In this document: positions 38,960 to 48,444 of the stretch, in pieces
How positions within the stretch are numbered: the first letter of the stretch is position 1
How the letters are laid out: each line of letters begins with the position of its first letter
Origin: Candidatus Baldrarchaeum yapensis
GTDB lineage: Archaea > Asgardarchaeota > Baldrarchaeia > Baldrarchaeales > Baldrarchaeaceae
Reading direction: 5' to 3'
DNA length: 64,000 nucleotides
Assembly (NCBI GenBank): GCA_016840465.1
Contig: JAEOSH010000004.1
Location: 19,904-83,903 of the forward strand
The notes under the pieces: generated by a model
Databases searched by the model: none
Seen by the model: only the letters and a program-made list of their open reading frames with translations
What the model was told of the DNA's origin: nothing
Made by a program: the position numbers and the translations under genes

Positions 38960-40225
38960 TTGGTTGTAATAACTCATACAACAATCGGGATGATATTTAT
39001 GCCAGAAGAGTTCTTTACAGAAAAATCCAAGGACGCCGTCAAAATATGTGACGATGTGTACTGGGTTGGCGCAATCGATTACAAAATCAGGGACTTCCAC
39101 GGGTATTTTACGCCGCATGGCACCACATACAACGCGTATCTGATCCTCGGAGATGAGCCCATCCTTATCGACACTGTGAAGAGGGGGTTCTTCGGGGAAA
39201 TGCTGAGCAGGATAAGCAGCGTGGTCGAGCCGGAGGAGATAAAGTATATCGTAGCACTGCACTCCGAGTTAGACCACTCCGGCAGTCTTCCCGCAATTTT
39301 GAAGATAGCAAAGCATGCGAGAGTAATAGCGTCGGAAAAATGCCAAGAGTTTTTAAAACTGCACCACCACAACCTTAACTTACAGGTCCTCACCGTCGAA
39401 GATGGAACGACATTGAAGATCGGCAACATGACGTGTACGTTCCTCAACGCGTCGATGCTCCACTGGCCCGACAACACAATGCTCTTCCTACATGAAAGAG
39501 GAATCCTATTCTCAAGCGATGCGTTCGGACAACATCTGGCAACGCGCGAGAGGTTTTCCGACCAGGTGTCTAATGACGTGGTCATGTACGAGGCTAAGAA
39601 GTACTACGCAAACATAATATCAAGATACGCCGCCGTAGTCACCAAAAAACTGAATGATCTCCTCAGTAGGAACTTTAACATTGAGATTATTGCCCCGGCA
39701 CATGGAGTAATATGGCGCGGGGATCTCAAGGGGATCCTAGATGCGTACCTCAAGTGGAGCAACGGGGTTCCCGAGAAAAAGGCGGTAGTGGTATATGATA
39801 CAATGTGGGGAAGCACCGCGAGAATGGCGCACGCAATAGCGAGCGGGATCATGAGTAAGGGAGTGAAGGTGAAGGTCTTTAACCTGAGGAGCACGGACAG
39901 GTCGGAGGTCCTTACCGAGGTCTTAGATGCATGTGCGATTGTCGTGGGCTCCCCCACGCTAAACAACACCATGTTTCCAACAGTTGCAGATTTCCTCACA
40001 TATCTGAAGGGCTTCAAGTTAAAGAATAAGATAGGCGCCGCATTCGGATCTTACGGGTGGAGCGGTGAGGCGCCCAAAGAGGTACTCGATATTCTGAAAT
40101 CCATGGGGTTCGAGGTCATAGAACCTCCCCTCAGAACAAAGTACGTGCCGTCAGAGGAAGACCTCGCCAAATGCCAAGAATTCGGCACAAAAATAAGCGA
40201 TATGGTGCTATCCAAAACCGCTTAA
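38960..40225 (+). CDS. fprA: flavodiiron protein (FprA-type F420H2/rubredoxin:O2 or NO reductase)
   Basis: N-terminal MBL-like diiron domain ('HSELDHSGSL') plus C-terminal flavodoxin ('KAVVVYDTMWGSTARMAHAIASG'). Confidence 0.8.
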   Translation: MVVITHTTIGMIFMPEEFFTEKSKDAVKICDDVYWVGAIDYKIRDFHGYFTPHGTTYNAYLILGDEPILIDTVKRGFFGEMLSRISSVVEPEEIKYIVALHSELDHSGSLPAILKIAKHARVIASEKCQEFLKLHHHNLNLQVLTVEDGTTLKIGNMTCTFLNASMLHWPDNTMLFLHERGILFSSDAFGQHLATRERFSDQVSNDVVMYEAKKYYANIISRYAAVVTKKLNDLLSRNFNIEIIAPAHGVIWRGDLKGILDAYLKWSNGVPEKKAVVVYDTMWGSTARMAHAIASGIMSKGVKVKVFNLRSTDRSEVLTEVLDACAIVVGSPTLNNTMFPTVADFLTYLKGFKLKNKIGAAFGSYGWSGEAPKEVLDILKSMGFEVIEPPLRTKYVPSEEDLAKCQEFGTKISDMVLSKTA

Positions 40226-40400
40226 AGGAATCATCTTAGCCCGCTGTTTGTAGCAATTATCTTTTTTCTTTCATCTAAGAACATTTAATTTAAACCCGTT
40301 CTTTCCGTAATCGCTAAAACGATAAAAACATCCGTATGCTCCACACCGTTGTCCATCGTTCCGTTTTCGCAGATTTATATACGGAGAGTTCTGTAAATAA

Positions 40401-40916
40401 ATGAATGAGCACGGAGGGGCTTCGTTGACAGTAGAGCTGCCCGAGAAAATCTTTAAGGTAATAGCAGAGGAGGCACGTAGAAAGAAGAAGACGATAGAAG
40501 GTGTAATAGTGGAGAGGTTCATAGAGGGTCTCGATCCCAGAGCGAGGGTTGAAGTGTACATGGAGTTGTTCGATAAATACTTGCGAGAGGCGGATGAGAA
40601 CTACCAGAGGGGAGATTTGCCACAGACGGGTGAGAAGTACTGGAGAGCCGTGACATCCCTCTTAAACGCAATCGGAGAACTGGAGTCCCTCCCCCACTAT
40701 ACCCATAGGGACTATGTCGAAATCGTCGAACATATTGCCGAAAAGTATAGCGACCCCGAAATATCGACCCTTTTCAGACTGGTGGAGGGGCTTCATGCAA
40801 ACTTCTATCATAATTTCCTCAGAAAGATGACCTTCGAAAGTCATAGAAGTGGCGTTCTCACTCTCATTAAAAAGCTAGGGTCGGTAATTGAGAATCTAAT
40901 GCGGAAAAAACTTTGA
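40401..40916 (+). CDS. RHH + HEPN-like (PaREP1-like) protein, paralog 2
   Basis: RHH 'LTVELPEKIFKVIAEEARRKKKTIEGVIVERFIEGL', then an alpha-helical domain with 'FRLVEGLHANFYH' (R-x5-H). Confidence 0.5.
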   Translation: MNEHGGASLTVELPEKIFKVIAEEARRKKKTIEGVIVERFIEGLDPRARVEVYMELFDKYLREADENYQRGDLPQTGEKYWRAVTSLLNAIGELESLPHYTHRDYVEIVEHIAEKYSDPEISTLFRLVEGLHANFYHNFLRKMTFESHRSGVLTLIKKLGSVIENLMRKKL

Positions 40917-41049
40917 TTATTTGCGAATCAATGTTTTATCCCGGACATCGCATCATCCGAAAGAAGTTTTCACAACTTCGAAACTCTCACAGATGCTAAT
41001 GCGGCCTTCTCCGCATCGGATGAGTATATGAAGATCTTACCTCTCTTAA

Positions 41050-41190
41050 TTTTATTTTTCAATATCTATTCTTTTTCTCCTCAATACGGTTTTTATGCTA
41101 TTAACTAGGATGTTTTCCATTCTCGATCTGACTCTATCGGACTTTAGGGCTATTTCCCCGTATCTGACGATGACGGTGTCGTACACTTTC
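41050..41190 (-). pseudogene. thiI (tRNA sulfurtransferase) N-terminal remnant
   Basis: The 46-aa ORF 'MKVYDTVIVRYGEIALKSDRVRSRMENILVNSIKTVL...' matches the conserved ThiI N-terminus ('vRYGEIaLKg.nR'). ThiI-like sequence continues briefly in another frame, then stops at the PaREP1-like gene. The rest of the gene is absent. Confidence 0.4.
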
Positions 41191-41210
41191 ATGAAACCCC
41201 ATACATTTTC

Positions 41211-41797
41211 ATGTTAAGGGGCATATAGGGCTCGATGTAAGTAGCTTATCAAAGGCAATAGACATAGTCGAAAAATTCAAGCGCTGCCCGAGGGTCTTCA
41301 TGATCTGCACGTGCTCCGGGGATTATAACCTGATACTAATACTCATTGCGGAAAACTTTGATTCTCTGAGAGCCTTCATTGAGAAGAATATACGAAGTAT
41401 CGCGGAGGTCAGAAAGATTAGCGTGAATTTCGGAGACGTTGTGCGTCCCGATTTCGTTCCGATCCCATTCAGGATACATGACCCCTGTTGTATTCCCAAT
41501 TGTGATGAATGCGAAATGCTCAAGGACCTTCAAATTTGCTCGGGATGTGCCATGTGCAGGTTTAGCTTTCGAGGATTGATGTTCGCCTGGACTTTCATCA
41601 CTCCCTCTCTCACAAGTCTTGATATGCAATCCCGTACGGACGGGTGCTTCAGCCCCACCTTCTCTCCTAAGCTTACGAGGCTCTCCCTTCCGTTATCTTG
41701 GAGTTCCGCTATGAGTTTTTACGTCGATGCTGTCCAGCTGGGGTACATCCTTTCTGACCCTTTTCTCCATTTCGTACACACTGTCTACAATTTGTAG
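41211..41797 (+). CDS. stand-alone RAM (Lrp/AsnC ligand-binding) domain protein, apparent 1-nt frameshift after the ATG at 41211; Cys-rich C-terminal tail of uncertain reality
   Basis: 'GLDVSSLSKAIDIVEKFKRCPRVFMICTCSGDYNLILILIAENFDSLRAFIEKNIRSIAEVRKISVNFGDVV' follows the RAM beta-alpha-beta-beta-alpha-beta pattern. ATG 41211 is out of frame by one, and the first in-frame ATG is 41300. The tail has 'CCIPNCDECEM...CSGCAMC'. Confidence 0.35.
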
Positions 41798-41834
41798 GGA
41801 TAATCATATATTTGCCTACTGATTGTAAGTAAAG

Positions 41835-42071
41835 GTGCCGCGAGGGTGTCATATGGTGAAGCGAAGGGTTGGTCTGAAAATCAGAGGTATGCGGTGTATT
41901 GGTTGTGTTGAAACGATAAAGGGCGCACTTAAGCGCATTGATGGAGTTCTAGACGTAAATATAGATTTGGAGTCGGGAAACGCGGTCATAATATTCGATG
42001 ATGAAAAGACGTCTCTGGATGCGTTGGTTGGGGTTGGCGAGATAAAGAGACTGGGGTACGATGTTACATGA
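41835..42071 (+). CDS. heavy-metal-associated (HMA) domain metallochaperone (CopZ-like)
   Basis: 'GMRCIGCVETIKGAL' MxCxxC metal-binding motif in a 78-aa ORF. Confidence 0.7.
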   Translation: MPRGCHMVKRRVGLKIRGMRCIGCVETIKGALKRIDGVLDVNIDLESGNAVIIFDDEKTSLDALVGVGEIKRLGYDVT

Positions 42072-42105
42072 CGAACGTTACCACATCTTCGCTCTTTATT
42101 AGGGT

Positions 42106-43958
42106 ATGGTGCTTGTGTATGTTATGGAGCGCGAATATCTTTTTCCGACACTGGTAATAGCTCTAGGAATTACCAGCATGATCCTGCATTTTTTCCTATT
42201 TGAAAGATTGGAGTCAGTTCTTCTCATGGCAATTCTGCTCATTCTCGGTATCTGGACAATTATTGACTTTTTAAAGGGAGTTACAGGCGCAAGCGAGGAA
42301 ATCGTCAGGGTTCTTATGATCTTCGTAGGTGGGGTTCTCCTGTACTTTGGGTTGCACTTGGAGTGCATACTGCTGATGGTAATGTTCGGGACCGCCGAGT
42401 TGATAGAGGAGCGCGTCAAGGAACTTGCCGAGCACGGTCTGAGAAAGACTTTAGAGCTAATGCCACGGGTTGTTAGGGTCATCGAGGGAGAGGTTGTTGC
42501 GATGAAGGATGTGGGGGATATGAAAGCCGGGGATGTTGTTGTGGTGGGGAGAGGAGAGCGCATTCCGGTGGACGGTGTGGTTGTTGAGGGGGAGGCTTTA
42601 GTTGACGAGTCGGCGATAACCGGAGAACCAGAGCCGAGAAGTATCGGGATCTTTAATGAGGTGATTGCGGGAGGACTGGTACTATCGGGGCTTTGAGGGT
42701 AAGAGCTAGGGTTTCTGGGCCGGAATCGACATTAGCGCAGATAGTTAAGCTTGCCGAGAGGTATAAAGAGAGAAAGGCGAGAATAGAGTCTATAGTTCAT
42801 AAGTTCTCGCGCATTTATCTTTCAATGATGCTGGTGTTGGCGGCGGTGGTGTGGGTCACGCTCGGATATTACAAAGCGCTAATAGTGCTGGCGGTGGGTT
42901 GTCCCAGCGCATATCTTGTGGCAATTCCCGCCACGCTTCTTCTATCACTGAGCGTTTATGCACGGAGAGGTATTGTGGTTAAGGGTACGCGCCCAATAGA
43001 GGCAGCATCGAAAGTGAAGGTAATGGCGCTCGATAAAACGGGGACGCTCACCCTAGGCGATCTGTTTCTGGAGAAAATAGTGATACTGGATGGTAGGTTC
43101 ACGGAAAATAATGTTCTCGCTTACGCGGCATCTCTTGAGGTGCATTCCACGCACCCCATCGCGAGAGCAGTACTGAGAGAAGCAAGGAGGAGAAAGATAC
43201 GGCTTTTGAAGATCTCTGACGTTATGGAAGTGCCCGCGGTAGGGATACAGGGGAAAACTTTGGATGGAAGGCGAATATTTCTAGGCAAGCTTGACATCAT
43301 GCGAGTAAAGGAGCACCTTCCAGTGGAGTATACTGAGATTGAGGGAAAGACGATAGTACAATTATCCGTGGATGATAGAATTGCAGCGTTGATGGTATTT
43401 TCGGATAGATTGAATCCGAAAGCGAAAAGCATGATAAAAGAGTTGAAGAAGTTGGGATTGCGAATCCTACTGCTGACAGGGGATAAAATATCAAATGCAA
43501 AAGCGGTTGCGGATGCCTTGGAAATAACCGAGTTTTATGCGGGTTTGTTGCCCGAGGATAAGGTTAGGATCATTGAGGAGTTGAAGTCCGTTTATAGGGG
43601 CAGGGTCGCGATGGTCGGGGATGGTATAAATGATGCGCCCGCACTTGCGGCGTCGGATGTTGGTATTGCGATAGGTTCACTGGAAGTTGCAGGCGAATCG
43701 GGGGATTTCGTTGTCCCGGCGCAGAGAATTAGGAATGTGCCCTTTATAATCAAGTTCTCACGCAGATGCATGCGCGCGGTGATGGAAAATATTAGCATCA
43801 TTTTAGTAACAAAAATTATAGCGCTAGTACTGGGACTTCTCGGACTCTTGCCACTGTGGTTGTCCGTTGCAGTGGGAGACGATGGTGGCGTACTGCTCGC
43901 GTTATTAAATACGATTAAAATATTGCGTGCTCCGATGATTTTCAGTTCAAAATCCTAA
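42106..43958 (+). CDS. P1B-type heavy-metal-translocating P-type ATPase (no N-terminal HMBD), interrupted by a frameshift at about 42694
   Basis: Actuator 'SAITGEPEP', CPx-position 'CPS', phosphorylation 'DKTGTLT', 'GDGINDAPAL'. ORF 1 ends at tga 42694-42696 and ORF 2 continues in the -1 frame. The junction 'ctttgaggg' would be read through as '...SGLLRVRARVSGPESTLAQIV' with one extra T, so this is a homopolymer indel. Confidence 0.6.
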
Positions 43959-44142
43959 TTTTTCTGAATTGGGGAAGTTTTTCAGATCCTGAGAGGCGGA
44001 AGGCGTAATGACCTGCGTTTCTTGTAACTTGCCAATCGCATATGGGTTAAGTTGAAGCCGTGGGTACGAATCATGACTTTAACCGAACAATAAACATAAG
44101 TTTATGGCTCAACGAATGTATTTTCAGAGAATGGTGTTGTGA

Positions 44143-44655
44143 ATGACCGACAAGGAGATTATTGTGCTTCCTAGGAGCCTTATTGAGAAGATTCGTCAGG
44201 AGGCGGAGACGCTAGGAGTCAGCCTAGACGAGTTAATAATCGAAAGGCTAACATCTGGCTTGGATCCGAAGGAAAGAGCGGAAAAGTACATTGAAGCCGC
44301 ATTATTGTTTTTAGAACGAGCGAAAAGAGAGTTAGAAGAGGGAGATCTTAAACAGGCATCGGAGAAACTCTGGGGTGCGGCAGCACCTGCAATAAAGGCA
44401 TATGCTTACTGGAAGGATGGTAAGCGATTGGCGAGTTATCGTGATCTCTGGGAGTATAAGGATAAGGTTGTAATCGAATTGGGCAAATGGGTTAGAAGTG
44501 CGTGGAACGTTGCTAATAGTATGCATACAAACTTCTATGAGGGATGGGCGACAAGAAAAGATGTAGAAGATGCGTTTACGGAGATTGAAAGGCTAATTAA
44601 GGTAATATCGGAAAGATTACGTAGATGTCGGAGTAACATTAAGAAAGAAGGTTGA
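44143..44655 (+). CDS. RHH + HEPN-like (PaREP1-like) protein, paralog 3 (R of R-x4-6-H replaced)
   Basis: RHH 'IIVLPRSLIEKIRQEAETLGVSLDELIIERL'; 'SAWNVANSMHTNFYEGW' aligns to the paralogs but has N where they have R. Confidence 0.5.
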   Translation: MTDKEIIVLPRSLIEKIRQEAETLGVSLDELIIERLTSGLDPKERAEKYIEAALLFLERAKRELEEGDLKQASEKLWGAAAPAIKAYAYWKDGKRLASYRDLWEYKDKVVIELGKWVRSAWNVANSMHTNFYEGWATRKDVEDAFTEIERLIKVISERLRRCRSNIKKEG

Positions 44656-45570
44656 TGAGCCTCATTTTATCGCTCGTGCATTTGAGTGTTCAATTAGCAG
44701 ACTAAATTTGTGTATGGAGGTTAGTATATTAATAACCGGAACTAATTACCTAAAACAATAGATAAAAGTTTAAGGTAGTGTCACGGTGGTGGTCTGTCAC
44801 CCCATATCATTCCAGGGATGGCCACCGCCATGGTGACCACCCCCGGATCCTTTTTGCTTTCGTTTTTCATGTTATAGTTATATTTATCGATATTTATACT
44901 CAACTGATAGGTGAGCTATCTTTTTGACGCTTCTAAGCGACTCTCGACACTTTTATTCAATATTCTATCAGTAGACACTATTTTCTGATTACATTCTGAT
45001 GATACGGCATAGTGGAGCCCAATATTTGTTCTGTCGTGAAAAATCTTTTGTACAAAGCGGATTTCGTCACGTTACTGGGGAAATCTAAGTTTAAGAGTTG
45101 TCGTTCCCCATATCTAACCTGGAGGTCGCCGTATGAGCATTAGGCGGAAATTGCTCGATAGATTTATGCCGCGGGAGTTCATGGAACTCGCTGGGATGTT
45201 TCATGCATGTATCTTCGTATTTCAGCGTACCGTTTCGAAACCATGATATTTGCGGCATTATTGCGTGAAGTTCTCGGGAAGGAGGTATCAGTGGGATGGT
45301 AAACTCTTACTGAGAAGGGTAGCGAGACCGTAATCAGGGTGCATGAGTGACGAGTTCTATACCATACCGTGCAGTCGAATAAGTCGGGTGGAAATTTCCA
45401 TTATGGACACATTTCTTTGTAGGTCTCTGAAATCCGCAAACAGAGAAATGGACACCATTAGTAGATCGTCTATCGAGCAAACGCATAATGCTCTTTTTTC
45501 GTTCCTACGGCGACGAATGAGATTCCATCTCCTTCTATCCACTTCCTTACTCTCTCGGAAAGGTTGTATA

Positions 45571-45879
45571 TCATGATTGGGAGAAGTTTTCTCTGCTTAT
45601 TTTCAGTCTTTTTGCAGACTTCTCGTAAATGACGCTTTCAGACTTCTTATCTATTAGTGAGATGTACTCGGAGTTCGAGTACTCAAATGCCCTTTCCACA
45701 ATTTCCTCTAAACTCTCGGATAGCATTAGAGTTAACATTCTCTTCTCGAACTCCTTGAATACCATAACGTTTCCATCCCACGCCTCCAGCACTCTCTCGA
45801 ACTCCAGAATGAAGAGTCTCAGTAGCGAGGATATCAGGTCATACGCAAGGTCTTCTGGAATTTCGGTGCTTACACGCAT
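45571..45879 (-). CDS. hypothetical small protein (102 aa)
   Basis: ORF overlaps the 3' end of the roadblock gene by 40 nt, suggesting a two-gene operon. Confidence 0.3.
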   Translation of the reverse strand: MRVSTEIPEDLAYDLISSLLRLFILEFERVLEAWDGNVMVFKEFEKRMLTLMLSESLEEIVERAFEYSNSEYISLIDKKSESVIYEKSAKRLKISRENFSQS

Positions 45880-46150
45880 GACCTCCTATCAGTCCTCTAG
45901 TTCGTAAGCAGTACACTTTTTCTTCCTTGAACATGAAGCCTGATAGTTCGCCGGCGCCTATCTCCCGTGCAAATGACAGAACTGCGGAGACGAATCCGGA
46001 AAACAATTGTTCATCGGTTTCGTGCTCCTTTGACGCTAGGGAAACCAGACACTCGCCGCTTTCTCTCAAGATGTATATTCCCTTAATCGTCTGCTGCCCG
46101 CGCGTCATGTTACTCGCCTGCTGCCTTTCCTTAGGGGTTATACCTCTCAT
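45839..46150 (-). CDS. Roadblock/LC7 (MglB-like) domain protein
   Basis: 'IKGIYILRESGECLVSLASKEHETDEQLFSGFVSAVLSFAREIGAGELSGFMFKEEKVYCLR' fits the roadblock fold pattern. Confidence 0.5.
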   Translation of the reverse strand: MRGITPKERQQASNMTRGQQTIKGIYILRESGECLVSLASKEHETDEQLFSGFVSAVLSFAREIGAGELSGFMFKEEKVYCLRTRGLIGGHACKHRNSRRPCV

Positions 46151-46302
46151 AATAACCAGAATTTGAACTTAAGGATATTCGGGGCATGTTCAAATTTCGG
46201 ATATGGTCTCGCATCTCTGTACAACCGCGGGATGGGGCTTGTTGGTGATAAATTCTTGGAGAAAAAGAAGGTATAGAGATGCTCATGGAATTGATTGCAT
46301 AA

Positions 46303-47502
46303 TCATATCGGAAGTGGAATTTCCTTAACTCTTCCTTCCTCATCTACTTTCTTTACCTTTACTCCTATCGATGCTCCACCTTTCCTGAATTTCCCAGCCC
46401 ACTCAAATACATCCATGGGGTTAACCGCGGCCTCGGGCGGGAAGACCCCCTTCATTTCTATTTTTCCTTGCGCCATAAGTATAGCTCCTATGGCAGCGGG
46501 TATGGCGGTCCCCTCCATCATTCCACCTCTAGACACCGCCTCCGCGACGTACTGCACCTTCTTCCCCTTCTCCACTCCACCGATTACTATCTTCAGCGCG
46601 CCTATGGGTTCGGTGATGCCAGCCTTCTTGAGAAGTTCCTCCCTTCTTTTGAGAACGTACGACGCCACGAAGTCTATAGGTGCGATTTTCTGGCCGGCGA
46701 CCTCTATCGGTTCCTCTTCTATCATTCCTAGGCTTACGATCTTTATTATGAGTTCAAAGTACTCCTCCGGCAGCACGACTCCTCTGTTCATCACCCACTT
46801 CAATCCTTTTATGTAACGTGGCAACGTAATGGTCTCCGGGTGCGGATACGGGTACACCTTGCACTTTCCGATTTCGGGAAACTCCACCTCCTGTATAAGG
46901 GCGCGCCCACTTTCCTCAAGGAACTTTACCGTTTTTAACTGCCCGTTATCGAATACCGGAATGTCTATGAGCATTGAGTGTATCCGGTGCTTTATTACAC
47001 CGGGTCCTTCGGGGTCCCCACCGTGTGCGTGATAGATATCGACAGAGTGAGCCTCTTCCATTATTTGCTCGGCACAGAACTTTACGAAGACGTTTGCGGC
47101 GCCGGGGGAACTTCCCATGCCTATCAGTGCGGAGACTCCCGCTTCCTTCGCCATGCTATCGAGTTCAAGCATTTTGAGAGTGGCGTCGTAGTCGTCGCAA
47201 ATATCAACGTAGTTCTTACCTGCCTTTATTGCGGTTTCGAGTATGGGAGGGCCATACCTGTAAAAGGGGCCAACACAGTTTACCACTATATCGACATCCT
47301 TAACTGCTTCTTTTATCGACTCCGGGCTTTCGGCATTAACCTCCCTATATGACACATTGCCGCCGAGTTTCTCGGCAACCTCTTTTGCCCTTGCAGCGTT
47401 GATGTCGGCAAGAATGACCTCATCAAAGACATCGGACATCAGGAGTCCCCTGGCGGTCCAACTGCCCACGATTCCCGCGCCGCCGAGCACCACGACTTTC
47501 AT
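46303..47502 (-). CDS. saccharopine dehydrogenase family NAD(P)-binding oxidoreductase
   Basis: Rossmann 'MKVVVLGGAGIVGSWTARGL' plus family-typical length of 399 aa. Confidence 0.7.
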   Translation of the reverse strand: MKVVVLGGAGIVGSWTARGLLMSDVFDEVILADINAARAKEVAEKLGGNVSYREVNAESPESIKEAVKDVDIVVNCVGPFYRYGPPILETAIKAGKNYVDICDDYDATLKMLELDSMAKEAGVSALIGMGSSPGAANVFVKFCAEQIMEEAHSVDIYHAHGGDPEGPGVIKHRIHSMLIDIPVFDNGQLKTVKFLEESGRALIQEVEFPEIGKCKVYPYPHPETITLPRYIKGLKWVMNRGVVLPEEYFELIIKIVSLGMIEEEPIEVAGQKIAPIDFVASYVLKRREELLKKAGITEPIGALKIVIGGVEKGKKVQYVAEAVSRGGMMEGTAIPAAIGAILMAQGKIEMKGVFPPEAAVNPMDVFEWAGKFRKGGASIGVKVKKVDEEGRVKEIPLPI

Positions 47503-47793
47503 CTCAAATCACCATATATCTGGGAATATCTTGGAGTTTTTCAGATACTTAGTGGAGGTCGTGTTATTTAAGGGTTCCGGAGAATATGTCACTGAATCTG
47601 GAGTCGCGAAGGTGATAGTACTTTCCTTTTGAGTCGGAAGCCGAAGCCGCGTCCCATCAATATGGTTGCCAATTATATCGACCAAATTCTATGTGGGAAG
47701 CTTGAAAGTCGTGTTCATGGCAAAATTTTATAAATGCCAAGAGGATCGCAAGGAAATCAATTTAGGCCCCCCATAATCCGCTAAAGCTTCTTT

Positions 47794-48201
47794 TCACTTT
47801 CTTCTCCCTCTACTGTGGTCTCCTCGGGTGCAAGGGCTCCACCTAATCCTGCAAACGCTACTACTGTAGATATCTGAAAGGAGCAAGCCGAATGTGTCAA
47901 CTAAAGTCATCGCGTCACTATTGCTCACGAGGAAAACTGCTTTCGCCCACAGGAGAATGACAAACCAAAACAAAAATGGTCCTATGAGGGGCACGAGGCC
48001 GATGGCTGAAGTGAATAACACCGCGATGCCATAGGCAAACCCCTCTATCCAGCCAGTTGGTTTGCCCGATAGCGCTCCCACAGCCGATGAGTAAATTAAC
48101 AGCAAGATAATGACTAGGTAGCCCATACTCGCGATTAACGTTGTGAGACGCAAGTGCATCACCGGAGAAGACCATCCTTTTTGCCGAGAGATATCAATCA
48201 A
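47794..48201 (-). CDS. membrane protein (4 TM)
   Basis: ORF plus hydrophobic helices. Confidence 0.35.
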   Translation of the reverse strand: MIDISRQKGWSSPVMHLRLTTLIASMGYLVIILLLIYSSAVGALSGKPTGWIEGFAYGIAVLFTSAIGLVPLIGPFLFWFVILLWAKAVFLVSNSDAMTLVDTFGLLLSDIYSSSVCRIRWSPCTRGDHSRGRRK

Positions 48202-48413
48202 AGAAATTACTAACCGTTGCTCACATAAGATTCTCGTAACCCAAATTTCGCAACATTTTCCCGGTAGCGATGCCAGACCCCTTTAGGTATCCGTATATCC
48301 CGAAAGACGCGTATGATGCGTAATATTACAAGTTATTAAATTTTGTCGTGAAAGTCATCACCTTCCGGCGGCTCGCCTCATGCAATCCACACGGCTTACC
48401 TAAAGTCTTAAAT

Positions 48414-48444
48414 TAGACATCAGTGTCTAAGACACTGATGTCTA
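48414..48444. promoter_or_regulatory. perfect 31-bp palindrome (15-bp arms, 1-nt spacer) TAGACATCAGTGTCT-A-AGACACTGATGTCTA between a TATA-like 'cttaaatta' and the start codon of the archaeal ATPase gene
   Basis: Read directly from the sequence; rc(48414-48428) equals 48430-48444 exactly. It overlaps the GTG/ATG candidates at 48423, 48438 and 48444. Confidence 0.55.

Noticed and set aside
41560-41797. Cys-rich tail of the RAM-domain ORF as a bona fide TRASH metal-sensing domain
   Set aside because: Cys spacing does not match the C-x19-22-C-x3-C TRASH pattern as I recall it, and the downstream part is low-complexity S/L/P-rich like non-coding read-through. Kept only as a low-confidence possibility.
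44990-45060. Possible C/D-box sRNA (tgatga at 44996)
   Set aside because: A C box is present, but no properly spaced D' / C' / D (ctga) boxes follow.
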